Assembly: GCA_023407575.1 (NCBI GenBank)
Contig: JAEYLX010000075.1
Location: 319,689 to 383,688 of the forward strand
Direction: 5' to 3'
Source of the DNA: Bacillota bacterium
Lineage (GTDB): Bacteria > Bacillota > Clostridia > Lachnospirales > Lachnospiraceae
DNA: 64,000 nt
Below are positions 39,302-49,891 of the stretch, piece by piece; positions within the stretch are counted from its first letter, which is position 1, and each line of letters opens with the position of its first letter. Under the pieces are notes generated by a model that was not told where the DNA came from, ran no database searches, and saw only the letters and a list, made by a program, of their open reading frames with translations. Both the position numbers and the translations under genes were made by a program.

Positions 39302-40072
39302 TTATCTCGTATCTAGCTTTGTTACCTCACAAACCCTTAACAGCAAATCAGATACTGTGAATTTGATATTAAAGCCTGCATAGGCAAACCCGTATTTTCG
39401 TTCCGGGTCATCATGATAGGATGGTCGCGGGTCATGTGCCATAATTCCATAAAGTGCCTCATGGTGTTTCTTGGGTATAAGGTTAATTAATTCTTCAGGA
39501 AAATTCACCTGAAGCTCATAATCCTTCAAAGGCTCAGCAAATCCACCAGTTGCTTCTGGATGACTGTCCGTATAAGCAAGATATGGTTTAATATCATAGA
39601 TTGGAGTCTGATCCATAAGGTCTGCACCAGATACGTGAAGCACTGGACCCAGCTCTGGATTAATCTCTATACTTTCTAATTTGACCGAAGAAAGTCCTAA
39701 GGGATTTGGTCGAAAGGGTGATCTTGTTGCAAAGACTCCCATACGCTTGTTACCACCTAGTCTCGGTGGTTTTACCATTGGAGACCATGTATCCGTTTTT
39801 GTATGAAAGAAGCCCCAGATAAGCCAAATATGCGTGAAGCCTTCCATCCCTCTAAGAGCGTCCATGTTACGGTATTCGGGCTCAAAAACTATGGTTGCTT
39901 TTATGGAATCTACAATTCCACTCTGCCTGGGTATACCAAATTTTTCAGGGAACTCTGTACGAATACGAGCAATAATTTTCAATTTATGATTGTCCAACTG
40001 ATGATCGTTGGGATTAATATATTTTGTTGCTTTAACCCATTGTTTTTTCTTTGAATTAGCTACATCACTCAT
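39302..40072 (-). CDS. tsaA: tRNA m6t6A37 methyltransferase TsaA/TrmO
   Basis: EKFGIPRQ, GVFATRSPFRPNP, DIKPY, DPRP. Confidence 0.92.
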   Translation of the reverse strand: MSDVANSKKKQWVKATKYINPNDHQLDNHKLKIIARIRTEFPEKFGIPRQSGIVDSIKATIVFEPEYRNMDALRGMEGFTHIWLIWGFFHTKTDTWSPMVKPPRLGGNKRMGVFATRSPFRPNPLGLSSVKLESIEINPELGPVLHVSGADLMDQTPIYDIKPYLAYTDSHPEATGGFAEPLKDYELQVNFPEELINLIPKKHHEALYGIMAHDPRPSYHDDPERKYGFAYAGFNIKFTVSDLLLRVCEVTKLDTR

Positions 40073-40480
40073 TCTCTATCTCCTGCAATTGTCCTAGCCT
40101 TTATACGAATATTTATCCCATTCAATCTATTCCATACTTATTAATTATGGATAGCTTCCAATTCTAACAATAAAAGTTAACTTATAATTTATCTACAGCT
40201 TGTTCATGTTGGTAGATATTATACTAGATGAACAAGGTTTTGTACAGTCAAGTCACAAAACCTTGTATTAAAATCAGAGATGGAATTAAGTTATCTATAC
40301 CTCATCTCCCCTGGATATAATGTGCCAAGATACTAAACTTAATTAATAGTTTGATAAATTACATAAAAATACTCCTAAAATAGTTTTGGAAGCATTTAAA
40401 TCTATTTTAGGAGTATTTAAATTATTTCATTTTTACAATTCTTGAACTGCAATAATCCAGCAAGCACATTAATTTGTATT

Positions 40481-41146
40481 CTATACCCAAGTAAAGTTCT
40501 CTTTACCTGCACCTAATTCGAAATGGTACTTTACAATACCAAGATCTAACTTTGTCAGAAAACCAAGTCCCGCTTTCGCCGTTACTTTATTGTCTTCCAA
40601 AGTAAAATTAAATTTCTGTTGGTTAATGGCGGTAGGTGCCAACTGTGCAGCTTCCATACCTTTTTTAAACCAATCCGGTACACTTCCCTGAACCTTCGAT
40701 AGCTCTTCTGCGCTCTTTGTTTTATGAGGAACCCCATCCTTGTCGAAATAGCCAATTGCAATTACCGCCAGGAGCTTCTCTCCTTTATCAACTACCGCTT
40801 TGCATTTACCTTTACTGTAGGTACCAGCTACCCAGCAGGTTCCAAGATTAAGTTCTCTTGCCTTTAATACAACTTTCTCACCATAATAGCCAGCCTTCTC
40901 TTCCAAGTCCTTGGCCTTTTTTCCAACAACGGCAATGTAATTATTTACATTACTGAACTTACCATAATGGGCCATAAAGCCATCAAAAGCAGCTGAATCC
41001 TCCAAACATAGCTGTAAATGTAACTTACCTTTTTGATTACATTCCGCTATCAGTTCTTGTAATTCCTTTATAACCTGTGGCTCCATTTTACGTTCGTTAT
41101 AGTTGCGTACGGAGTGACGTGCCTTCATTACCTCAAAAGTATCCAT
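40481..41146 (-). CDS. Nitroreductase-family protein
   Basis: RHSVRNY, LGTCWV, APTAINQQ, DLGI. Confidence 0.85.
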   Translation of the reverse strand: MDTFEVMKARHSVRNYNERKMEPQVIKELQELIAECNQKGKLHLQLCLEDSAAFDGFMAHYGKFSNVNNYIAVVGKKAKDLEEKAGYYGEKVVLKARELNLGTCWVAGTYSKGKCKAVVDKGEKLLAVIAIGYFDKDGVPHKTKSAEELSKVQGSVPDWFKKGMEAAQLAPTAINQQKFNFTLEDNKVTAKAGLGFLTKLDLGIVKYHFELGAGKENFTWV

Positions 41147-41295
41147 TATTAATCTCCTTATTCTAAGTTCACTTAGATTGTTTACAATTTATTTCATATT
41201 GTAGTATATTACTTCACAATAATCAATAGACTTAAAACAAGTTTTATACATCATTTGAATTAATGAAGTACCTCCGCATTAGCTCAATTCATAGC

Positions 41296-42462
41296 TCAAT
41301 CTGTGTCATTTATGATATCCCATTCATTTTTCTTCTTCCTATGTGTTAATAATACTCCACTTGTTAGAGCGGTAAATGGTGCTACCGTAACCAATCCAAT
41401 ACTCCCAATCATAGTTTCTAGTATCTCTGCCGCAACAAATTTATAATTCAATATGTTATAAATTGGCGTTCCTTGCGCCATAAATACCATTAGCAAGGCT
41501 ATGTAACCGCCGGAATATGCGAGTAGAAGTGTCGTAGTCTGTGTACCAAGTGCTGCTCTGCCCACCCGTATTCCTGACAGAGTTGCTTCCTTCCATTCAA
41601 TGTCTGGCTTTTTTTCCACAACCTCATTAACAGAAGAGGTAATATCTACTGCCAAATCCATTACCGCACCTACACTTCCGATAAAGATACCTGCAGTAAA
41701 TATGCGTGTTAGATTAAGATTAACATAACCGCTATAAAGAAGGCTTTCCGAAAATGGCATAATCGCTCCATGTACTTTATATAAGTCAGTAAATATGATG
41801 CCCAAAATGACAGTTGTGATGGTTCCTAAAAGGGATCCTGTAATGGCAGACATCGCCTGACGATCAAAGCCATATACCATAATTATTGTAATTATAATTA
41901 AAACTAATACAATTAAAAACCCAAAGATAACTGGATTATAGCCACTAAGATATCCTGGCACCATAACCTTCCAGATCATTAATACAGTAACTGCAAAGGA
42001 TATCAACGATCTGATGCCTGTTTTTCCAGCAAACAGGATTAACAATAATGCAAATATTCCAACCAGAATCAATTCTTTTCCTATTCGATACTGATCTATC
42101 ATATTGACAGATATAATCTTGTCCTCCTGATAGCTAATAACTACTAAAGCTTTGTCTCCCTGCTCAAAAAGCTTATCCTGCTCCAGTGAGCCATTTAATA
42201 GATTTATTCCGTCCACTATTTGCCCCTTAAAACGTCCACCAAGTAACTTAATTGAGCATTTCTGTTCACCAGAGCGTATTAACCCGGAGTCAATTAACAT
42301 ACTTTCATCCGTCTCTAGCACCTCTGCTGTTGTCCGATCTGTTCCTTTATAGATAATAGCTTCCTCAAAGCCTGTTGGAATTATTATTAAAACGATAAGT
42401 ATAATTAGCGTAACCAAGGTTGGTAAATAAGTACTCCACCATTTTTTATGCCCTAACTGCAT
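41296..42462 (-). CDS. YibE/F-family membrane protein
   Basis: GAVMDLAVDI, TTTLLLAY, GSIGLV motifs. Confidence 0.85.
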   Translation of the reverse strand: MQLGHKKWWSTYLPTLVTLIILIVLIIIPTGFEEAIIYKGTDRTTAEVLETDESMLIDSGLIRSGEQKCSIKLLGGRFKGQIVDGINLLNGSLEQDKLFEQGDKALVVISYQEDKIISVNMIDQYRIGKELILVGIFALLLILFAGKTGIRSLISFAVTVLMIWKVMVPGYLSGYNPVIFGFLIVLVLIIITIIMVYGFDRQAMSAITGSLLGTITTVILGIIFTDLYKVHGAIMPFSESLLYSGYVNLNLTRIFTAGIFIGSVGAVMDLAVDITSSVNEVVEKKPDIEWKEATLSGIRVGRAALGTQTTTLLLAYSGGYIALLMVFMAQGTPIYNILNYKFVAAEILETMIGSIGLVTVAPFTALTSGVLLTHRKKKNEWDIINDTD

Positions 42463-42606
42463 CTACAACCATACCTTTCTTAGTACCTGAAGGCTTTTCC
42501 CAAACCACAACAACTGGAAGAAACTCGCATTGCGTGTTTCTTCCAGTTCATGAAAAGTGAACTATCCTTTCCTCATGTGCAGGATACAAGCCCCGGTCTT
42601 GTATAT

Positions 42607-44139
42607 TTATTTTACTACGGTTAATGCTGCTAAATTCTTATATATTTCCGTATTATCATAATATCCTTCAAAGCTTTCAGCTCCATTACCAAGAGCAAAA
42701 ACAGGAACTGGAATACCCGTATGAGAATAGGAACTGAAGGCAATACCGGATTTGTTATTGAGAATATGGCAAATGGTCACCGTAAGAGGCTCGTAGGTAC
42801 CATATAATACATACTCTTCTTCTGTTAACTGCTTTACCTCATTCATGGTCATGTTATAGGCATCTAGAAGTTTACTATATTCATAATCTGTTAATACCAA
42901 ATGACTGTCCACAGCACTTGCTGCTTTATTTTCTGGTACAAGTCCAAAATTTTTCTCTATGTCTGACAAAACCTGTGAGAATTTAGTGTTATTCTTCTTA
43001 TAATTAGCAACATAACTGGTATCAAATTTTGCATATGATATCTTTTGATTTTTAATATTTGCAAGATAGGTATCATAATTTGTTCCAGCAAAACCAATGG
43101 TTAAGCCACCTGTCTCATGATCTCCTGTTACTAAAATTAAGGTTTCCTCTGGATGTTTATTATAGAAGTCAATGGCAACATTTACTGCATTACTAAGAGC
43201 AACTGTATCTTGAATAGTAGAGGCTGCATCATTTGCATGGCATGCCCAGTCAATCTTTCCACCTTCCACCATCATAAAGAAGCCTTTGCTGTTATCCAGA
43301 ACATCAATTCCTTTTTTAACATAATCAGCAAGCTTCCATTCATTTGCCGCAGCATCAATGGAATAGCTCATGGCTTCAGAATCTGCTAAGGTTTCTGCAA
43401 TAACAAGTGCTTTCCCATCGGAAGCCTTCAAATTATTTGCAGCAGCTTGTGTCTTTATTACTTTATAGCCAGCCTTTGCAGCCAGATCATAAAGACTAGG
43501 TTGATCATTTTTATTACCAGTCGGTTTGAGTAACGCACCACCTGCGAAATAATCGAAGTTACTTGCTATCATTTCCAAGCCAATTTCATAATAATTGTTT
43601 CTTGTGGTTTGGTGAGCATAGAAAGCTGCTGGTGTCGCATGATTAATGTTTACAGTTGAGATAATACCAATCTTATAACCCAATTGCTTTTTCAGCTTTT
43701 CAGAAATGGTTTCATACTTTACCGTTAAGGTAGTATCCATGTTAATGACTCCACTGTAGGTTTTATATCCTGTAGACATTGAAGTCGCTGTGGAAGCGGA
43801 ATCTGGACAGAATGAAGTACTGTCAAAGGTCTGTGCCGATCCAGCAATTGGGAAATTCATAAAGCTAAGATTATCTGATTTCACTTTACCGCTACTCTGT
43901 GTTGCTCCGAGATAATAAGATGCTGCCTGTACCTGGGGATAACTCATGCCATCTCCGATAAATAAGAAGATATACTTTGGAGCCTTTGTTCCCTTTTCCT
44001 TTATTACCTTTGTGATTGCAACATTTTTCTTTTCTTCTGAAGCTTGTGCTCTACTGTTGGTATTAACCAGGACAGCAGATGTAACGAATAATACAAATAA
44101 CATTCCTAATGCCAGAATTCTTTTCCAATACTTCTTCAT
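42607..44139 (-). CDS. Secreted alkaline phosphatase
   Basis: FIGDGM, PDSAS, HATPA, EGGKIDWACH, GDHETGG; signal peptide. Confidence 0.93.
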   Translation of the reverse strand: MKKYWKRILALGMLFVLFVTSAVLVNTNSRAQASEEKKNVAITKVIKEKGTKAPKYIFLFIGDGMSYPQVQAASYYLGATQSSGKVKSDNLSFMNFPIAGSAQTFDSTSFCPDSASTATSMSTGYKTYSGVINMDTTLTVKYETISEKLKKQLGYKIGIISTVNINHATPAAFYAHQTTRNNYYEIGLEMIASNFDYFAGGALLKPTGNKNDQPSLYDLAAKAGYKVIKTQAAANNLKASDGKALVIAETLADSEAMSYSIDAAANEWKLADYVKKGIDVLDNSKGFFMMVEGGKIDWACHANDAASTIQDTVALSNAVNVAIDFYNKHPEETLILVTGDHETGGLTIGFAGTNYDTYLANIKNQKISYAKFDTSYVANYKKNNTKFSQVLSDIEKNFGLVPENKAASAVDSHLVLTDYEYSKLLDAYNMTMNEVKQLTEEEYVLYGTYEPLTVTICHILNNKSGIAFSSYSHTGIPVPVFALGNGAESFEGYYDNTEIYKNLAALTVVK

Positions 44140-44212
44140 ACTCCGTCTCCTTTTGAGATAAATAGTGGTTTGTAACAATAGTTTCTTTTCTCCTTAACTA
44201 TATCAATTCCTA

Positions 44213-44274
44213 TGTAAAATCTACTATCACCTCAAAGTTAAATATTGGATAAATATGGATGAAATAAAAGACAA
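44213..44274 (-). promoter_or_regulatory. Possible Pho-box-like 11-bp-periodic repeats
   Basis: TTGTCT, TTCATC, TTATCC, TTAACT at 11-bp spacing, then TTTACA; degenerate and AT-rich. Confidence 0.35.
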
Positions 44275-44498
44275 GTTTGATAAAAGTAATCAAAATCTAT
44301 CCCAAACTAATTTCAAATTTATGTAACTATTTTTACATAGGTAAACTACGCATTGTAACTGCTGACAATTTTTTGCAAAAAAATAAGCCTATTACCAATC
44401 GAATATTTCACCTTAGCATAATATAATTAAACTATTGGCGAACCATCAATTGAATAGGCTTTAGGCTCTTTTATTGACTATTATATTCAAACTCACTA

Positions 44499-45734
44499 CT
44501 ACTCGGCTTCTGCTTCTATTTCGGCTACGGGTTCCCCCACTTTAAGTAAATTTTTGTTCCTAACTAAGAAAAATGCCTGCACAAATATGATTGCACCAGT
44601 GCCAATTAATAACCACTCGATTTTAACTGCATCAGATAATGGCCCAAAAAGTAGCATCGCTAAAGGCATCATGGAACTGGAGATCATACCGAATACACCA
44701 AAAATTCTGCCTAAATAATCCCCTTCCACTCGCTCCTGTAAGATTACAACAAAAGGTGTATTAAACCCAGGTATGCTAAGACCTGTTGTGAGCATAAAGA
44801 ACAAATAAATCCAAAAATCAGGTATAATACCGAGAGCAATTGTACTTATGCCAAAAAGTAAACAAGCTATAAACATGGTTTTAACTCTATTTTTAAAACC
44901 TCCCCAAGAAGCAATTAATAGTCCACTTATCATTGTTCCTATAGAAAATACAATTTCTATTGCTGTTAATCTCCATACCTCATCACCAAAGGTTCGGGTA
45001 ACCTGAAGAGGTGTTAAAAATGCCGCCGGAGATACCAGAAAAAGAAAGATACCACAGAACACAAAAAAATCTCTGATATATTTATGTGTTCTTATATAAC
45101 TAATTCCCATTTTAAAATCCGTGAGATAATTTACTTTTTCTTTTTGTAGCGCTTTTTCATGAGGTTTTACCCGAATAAGCGTCAACATGATAAATACTGC
45201 AATTGCTGCTGTTACCACATCAATAAAAAAGATATTCTCCAGTGGTGCTACAAACATAATTGCCCCACTCACCATAGGTGATAATAATAAGATAAGTGAT
45301 TGAATACTTCCATTAATACCATTAATCTTTGTCAGTTTGTCCTCTGGAACAATTTGTGGAAGAAAAGCAGCTACTGCAGGTGATTGAATTCCTCCACCAA
45401 TGGCCCTAACAGAGGATATGACAAATAATAACCAAATAAACTTAAACCCATTCATATAAAAAAGGGCTAATATCAACGTAGATGCCGCTATCATTGTATC
45501 GGCTAGAACAATTAATAACCTCCGATTGTATCGGTCCGCCCAAACCCCTGCAAGCGGCGATAGAAAAAACGTAGGGAGAAACCCGCATATTATCGAGATT
45601 GTCATCATAATGCCTGACTTTGTTTCTAATGTGATATACCACATTATTGCATATTGGACTAAGGATGAGCCAAATAAAGAAATTGTTTGACTTGTCAAAA
45701 ACAAGATAACATTCTTTTTCCAGTTCTCTTTCAT
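44499..45734 (-). CDS. MFS efflux transporter, Mef(A)-like
   Basis: WKK...QTISLFGSSLVQYAIMWY, GVWADRYNRR, YLGRIF. Confidence 0.85.
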   Translation of the reverse strand: MKENWKKNVILFLTSQTISLFGSSLVQYAIMWYITLETKSGIMMTISIICGFLPTFFLSPLAGVWADRYNRRLLIVLADTMIAASTLILALFYMNGFKFIWLLFVISSVRAIGGGIQSPAVAAFLPQIVPEDKLTKINGINGSIQSLILLLSPMVSGAIMFVAPLENIFFIDVVTAAIAVFIMLTLIRVKPHEKALQKEKVNYLTDFKMGISYIRTHKYIRDFFVFCGIFLFLVSPAAFLTPLQVTRTFGDEVWRLTAIEIVFSIGTMISGLLIASWGGFKNRVKTMFIACLLFGISTIALGIIPDFWIYLFFMLTTGLSIPGFNTPFVVILQERVEGDYLGRIFGVFGMISSSMMPLAMLLFGPLSDAVKIEWLLIGTGAIIFVQAFFLVRNKNLLKVGEPVAEIEAEAE

Positions 45735-46204
45735 TAAAATAACCATGCCTTTCTAAAACCTACTATGTTTTTGCAGGTGCCGTTTAAATTGAAATTGAAT
45801 TCAATTATCACTTAATTAATAGATCCCATATGTTAAAGAGTGAAGATTAATTGTAATAAAAAAACGGCTTATTTGCAAGGAGTAAAAGCTCAAATTCTTT
45901 GTAATTTAGTCTATTTCACATACATTTTGCATTATTGTTCTATACTGTATAAATATTCTTAAACAATAATTTTAAATCTTATGATTAAATGAATGAAATA
46001 TTTAGTTTCTCCTATTTTTCATTAATTTTTTATATATCAACAAAATTAATAGTGCTCAAGAATAAGCTTTTCAAGGGGTTTAGCTGTTCTCGCTTATTTC
46101 CATCCCCAAAGTTGTCTTAATTTTCTTAATTTTTCCTTATAAATAATTAATATATACTATTAGTAAAATTAATAAGATTTTTTTCAAAAACACTAATATT
46201 TATG

Positions 46205-46233
46205 TAGAAATCTGTTGACATATGTGCTATACT
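46205..46233 (+). promoter_or_regulatory. Putative extended -10 promoter of uracil permease
   Basis: TAGAAA-17bp-TATACT with TG motif. Confidence 0.5.
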
Positions 46234-46264
46234 ATTCGAGATAAATATTAAGGAGGGTAATACG

Positions 46265-47542
46265 TTGGAAAACAAAAAAATCATTCAAGTGGAAGATAAG
46301 GTACCGATGAAACTAATGTTCCCGCTGTCACTTCAGCACATGTTCGCTATGTTTGGCGCATCAGTTTTAGTTCCTATTCTCTTCAAAATTGATCCATCAG
46401 TCGTACTGTTAATGAACGGTATCGGCACACTATTATTTATTCTTATTACGAAAGGCAAAGCACCGGCTTATTTAGGCTCCAGCTTTGCTTTTCTTGCGCC
46501 TGCAGGTCTTGTCATCAGCAAATGGGGTTATCAAGAGGCGCTTGGTGGTTTTATAGCAGTAGGTTTTGCACTCTGTATACTTGCTTTCATTATTTACAAG
46601 TTCGGAGTAAAGTGGATTGATATTGTTCTTCCGGCAGCAGCTATGGGTCCTGTTGTTGCATTGATTGGTTTGGAGCTTGCTTCGACTGCCGCTGATACAG
46701 CTGGTCTTCTTATTACAGAGAATAATCCTGCGATTGATCCAAAAAACGTAATCGTATTTCTTGTTACACTGGCTTTTGCAGTATTAGGTAATGTACTTTT
46801 CCGTAAATTCTTTGCAGTAATACCTATCTTAATCTCTATTGTTGCTGGTTATGTAACTGCACTCATTACTAAAGTTGTTACTCCGGAAACCGTTCTGGAA
46901 GCTTTAAAATCTAGCTTCTTTGTAATGCCAAATTTCCAGGCTCCACATTTTAATTTTGAAGCAATTCTAATGATTTTCCCTGTTATCCTGGTTCTTGCTT
47001 CCGAACATATCGGACATCAGATTGTAACAAGTAAAATTGTTGATAAAGATCTCCTTAAAAATCCTGGTTTACATCGTTCTATGTTGGCAGATGGTGTTTC
47101 TACAATGCTTTCTGGCTTTGTAGGTTCAGTACCAACAACAACCTATGGTGAAAACATTGGTGTTATGGCGATGACAAAGGTATATTCCGTAAGAGTAATT
47201 GGCGGAGCTGCTCTCCTTTCTATCATTGCTTCGGTTATTGGTCCAGTTGCTGCTCTTATTCAGACCATCCCTAATCCAGTAATTGGTGGTATCTCCTTCC
47301 TATTATACGGTATGATTGGTGCTTCCGGTATCCGTGTTATGGTCGATGGACAAGTTGATTTTGGTCGCAGTCGTAATCTTACCTTAACTTCTGTTGTATT
47401 TGTTACAGGCTTGTCCGGTGTAGCTTTCAATATAGGAGAAGTAACCTTAAAAGGTATGGTACTAGCTACTATTGTTGGTATGATTTTATCCCTTCTCTTC
47501 TTTATCTTCGACAAATTCAAACTAACAAACGACAGAGAATAG
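46265..47542 (+). CDS. uraA: Uracil permease (NCS2)
   Basis: LQHMFAMFGA, YLGSSFAF, EHIGH, TTYGENIG. Confidence 0.93.
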   Translation: MENKKIIQVEDKVPMKLMFPLSLQHMFAMFGASVLVPILFKIDPSVVLLMNGIGTLLFILITKGKAPAYLGSSFAFLAPAGLVISKWGYQEALGGFIAVGFALCILAFIIYKFGVKWIDIVLPAAAMGPVVALIGLELASTAADTAGLLITENNPAIDPKNVIVFLVTLAFAVLGNVLFRKFFAVIPILISIVAGYVTALITKVVTPETVLEALKSSFFVMPNFQAPHFNFEAILMIFPVILVLASEHIGHQIVTSKIVDKDLLKNPGLHRSMLADGVSTMLSGFVGSVPTTTYGENIGVMAMTKVYSVRVIGGAALLSIIASVIGPVAALIQTIPNPVIGGISFLLYGMIGASGIRVMVDGQVDFGRSRNLTLTSVVFVTGLSGVAFNIGEVTLKGMVLATIVGMILSLLFFIFDKFKLTNDRE

Positions 47543-47714
47543 TTCATAAAATAATTATTTTTACTTAAAAATCCCCCTGCTGATATTAACCTTCATCCAA
47601 ATATAAAAACTTGGAATGCGGTTCAACCTTAACAGGGGGAATTATTTTGCTTTTCTATATAAGATTTATTTATTTTGCTTATCAGATAACAATAATTACA
47701 TTACTATCGTTTCA

Positions 47715-48245
47715 TTAGACTGTTTTTCCATACAATAACCCATCATAATAATTGTCCTCTATGAAATAATGATCCTTTAATCTTCCTTCTAATACATATC
47801 CATTCTTTTCAAGAATTTTAGCAGATCCTATATTCGCATCCACAACTGCTGCATGGAGCTTATGTAGATGAAGTTTTTGAAATGCATAGTCACTTAATAA
47901 TGCTAAACTTTCGGAACCATACCCCTTACCCCAATAATCTTTATGAAATACATATCCTATCTCTGCTTTATTTGCTTCCTTATCAAAGTCAAAAAGCATT
48001 ACAGTGCCAATCACCTCATTTGTTTCCTTTATAACAACGGATGCATATAAATGAGTTTCCTCTGCTTCCCTTTTTAACATCACTTGAATAAAATTACTGG
48101 TCTCCTCCAGAGTGTTCATTAAACGCCAGCCAATAAATCGTGAGACATCTGTATCCGAGGCATATGCATGTATTTCTTTCGCATCCGCTACATTTAATTG
48201 TTGAAAACGGATATTCTTACCCTCTAAAGAGTGAAATAGGTTCAT
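47715..48245 (-). CDS. GNAT acetyltransferase, RimJ/RimL family
   Basis: AEIGY, YWGKGYG, NIGS..ILEKNG. Confidence 0.88.
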   Translation of the reverse strand: MNLFHSLEGKNIRFQQLNVADAKEIHAYASDTDVSRFIGWRLMNTLEETSNFIQVMLKREAEETHLYASVVIKETNEVIGTVMLFDFDKEANKAEIGYVFHKDYWGKGYGSESLALLSDYAFQKLHLHKLHAAVVDANIGSAKILEKNGYVLEGRLKDHYFIEDNYYDGLLYGKTV

Positions 48246-48422
48246 TTATTCCTTATCTCCCTTACTTTAATTATAGTTAGTATAACAGCATTTATTAGTT
48301 ATTTTAAATTATAAATAATATAATAGCAAACCACAATTATTATTTCATACCGTAATTAAGACTAAAAAAAACACAGCATGATTAGATATCCTCCATCACA
48401 TACTGTGTTCGTATCTTTCACT

Positions 48423-49016
48423 TTATAATAACGTATCCTTAACAATTTGAGTTAAAATGGACGCCGTTTTATCTACCCCAAATCTGCTGCTATCTATCAT
48501 TACGTTGTAGCCACTATAAGCATTTTCAATTCCTTTGCCATAACGCAAGCGATACTTGTCTCTTGCCATATCAACTTCTTTGATCATTTTCTTCGCTGTT
48601 TTAGGATCCATTTTTAAAGTTTCAATACAGTTATGTAGTCTCCATTCATATGGCGCATAGACATAGATATTCAGACATCTTGAATGATCCTTTAAGATAC
48701 TGCTCGCACATCGTCCTACAATGATACAGGACTCTTTCTTTGTAAGATCCCGTATAATATTAGTTTGTACCTCGAAAATCTCATCCTGAAAGTTGCTAAT
48801 TCCTATGCCTAACGGATACTTTCTTTGAAAGAGAGAGGAACTGGCACTTTCTTCTTCATTACTAATTAAAGGTATTGGTTGCCCCATGCGTTTCGAGGTT
48901 TCTTCTACGATATCTCTGTCATAGTATTCAATCTTTAGTTCCTCAGACATTTTCTTAGCAATTGTACGTCCTAAACTGGCAAATTGCCTCGAAATAGTAA
49001 TTGCGTAATTCTCCAT
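48423..49016 (-). CDS. Cytidylate kinase-like family protein
   Basis: ITISRQFASLGR, IIVGRCA, IDSS. Confidence 0.85.
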   Translation of the reverse strand: MENYAITISRQFASLGRTIAKKMSEELKIEYYDRDIVEETSKRMGQPIPLISNEEESASSSLFQRKYPLGIGISNFQDEIFEVQTNIIRDLTKKESCIIVGRCASSILKDHSRCLNIYVYAPYEWRLHNCIETLKMDPKTAKKMIKEVDMARDKYRLRYGKGIENAYSGYNVMIDSSRFGVDKTASILTQIVKDTLL

Positions 49017-49127
49017 GCAAATTCTCCATTCTTATGAAAAACATTATAAGGTAAGTATAAATATCTTTTTTTCATTATGATACTTACAAGGTTTTAAGTA
49101 AAGCTTATTATCTGAAGTAAATTATTA

Positions 49128-49889
49128 TTACAGGGTAGGTGTCAGCTTTGCCTTTAAGGTCCTACGCTTTTGAATATAACGAACCACTGAGGATAAGGAA
49201 AAATTAATGATGAAGTATATTAAAGCTGCAAAACCAAACAACACAAAAACATCTGATACATTAATCTTTCCAGTTCCATTATAGATATATGCAGAAGTTA
49301 AAAGTGTCTTGATTTTGGACATCAACTCAATGACAGCAATATTTGCCAAGTAAGAGGAATCCTTAATTGTTGTTATTATCTGACTAATTAAGGTAGGTAT
49401 AATATTCCTATAAGCTTGTGGTAATACAATGTAAATCATAATCTGCACCGTATTGAACCCTTGTGAGCGTCCAGCTTCAAATTGTCCACTGGGAACTGAA
49501 TTAAGACCACCTCTAACAATTTCTGCAATAACGGAAGATGTAAATAAAATTAATGCAGTTGCGGCTTTAAATAACAAGGTAACTTCGACAGAGGTTAACC
49601 CAAACATTTTTCTTGATAAAAAACTAGGAAATTGCAAAGATACAAATATTACAATCCAGAGCATTAAAGGGGTATTACGAAATATTTCAATATATGCAGT
49701 AGCTAACCACTTTAGCGGTCTTGTCCAAGTGGTACAATAATTACGAACCAATGCCAGTATGGACCCGATTACCACTCCAAACCCAACAGCCACAACAGAA
49801 ATAATTAACGTAAAAACAATTCCTTTTAATAGAAAAAATAATATATTATAATCCTTTAGGATTGAGATACTAGCTTCAAAATTGCTCAT
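49128..49889 (-). CDS. Polar amino acid ABC permease
   Basis: IFRNTPL, AEIVRGG, GQFEA, KDSS. Confidence 0.9.
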   Translation of the reverse strand: MSNFEASISILKDYNILFFLLKGIVFTLIISVVAVGFGVVIGSILALVRNYCTTWTRPLKWLATAYIEIFRNTPLMLWIVIFVSLQFPSFLSRKMFGLTSVEVTLLFKAATALILFTSSVIAEIVRGGLNSVPSGQFEAGRSQGFNTVQIMIYIVLPQAYRNIIPTLISQIITTIKDSSYLANIAVIELMSKIKTLLTSAYIYNGTGKINVSDVFVLFGFAALIYFIINFSLSSVVRYIQKRRTLKAKLTPTL

Positions 49890-49891
49890 AA

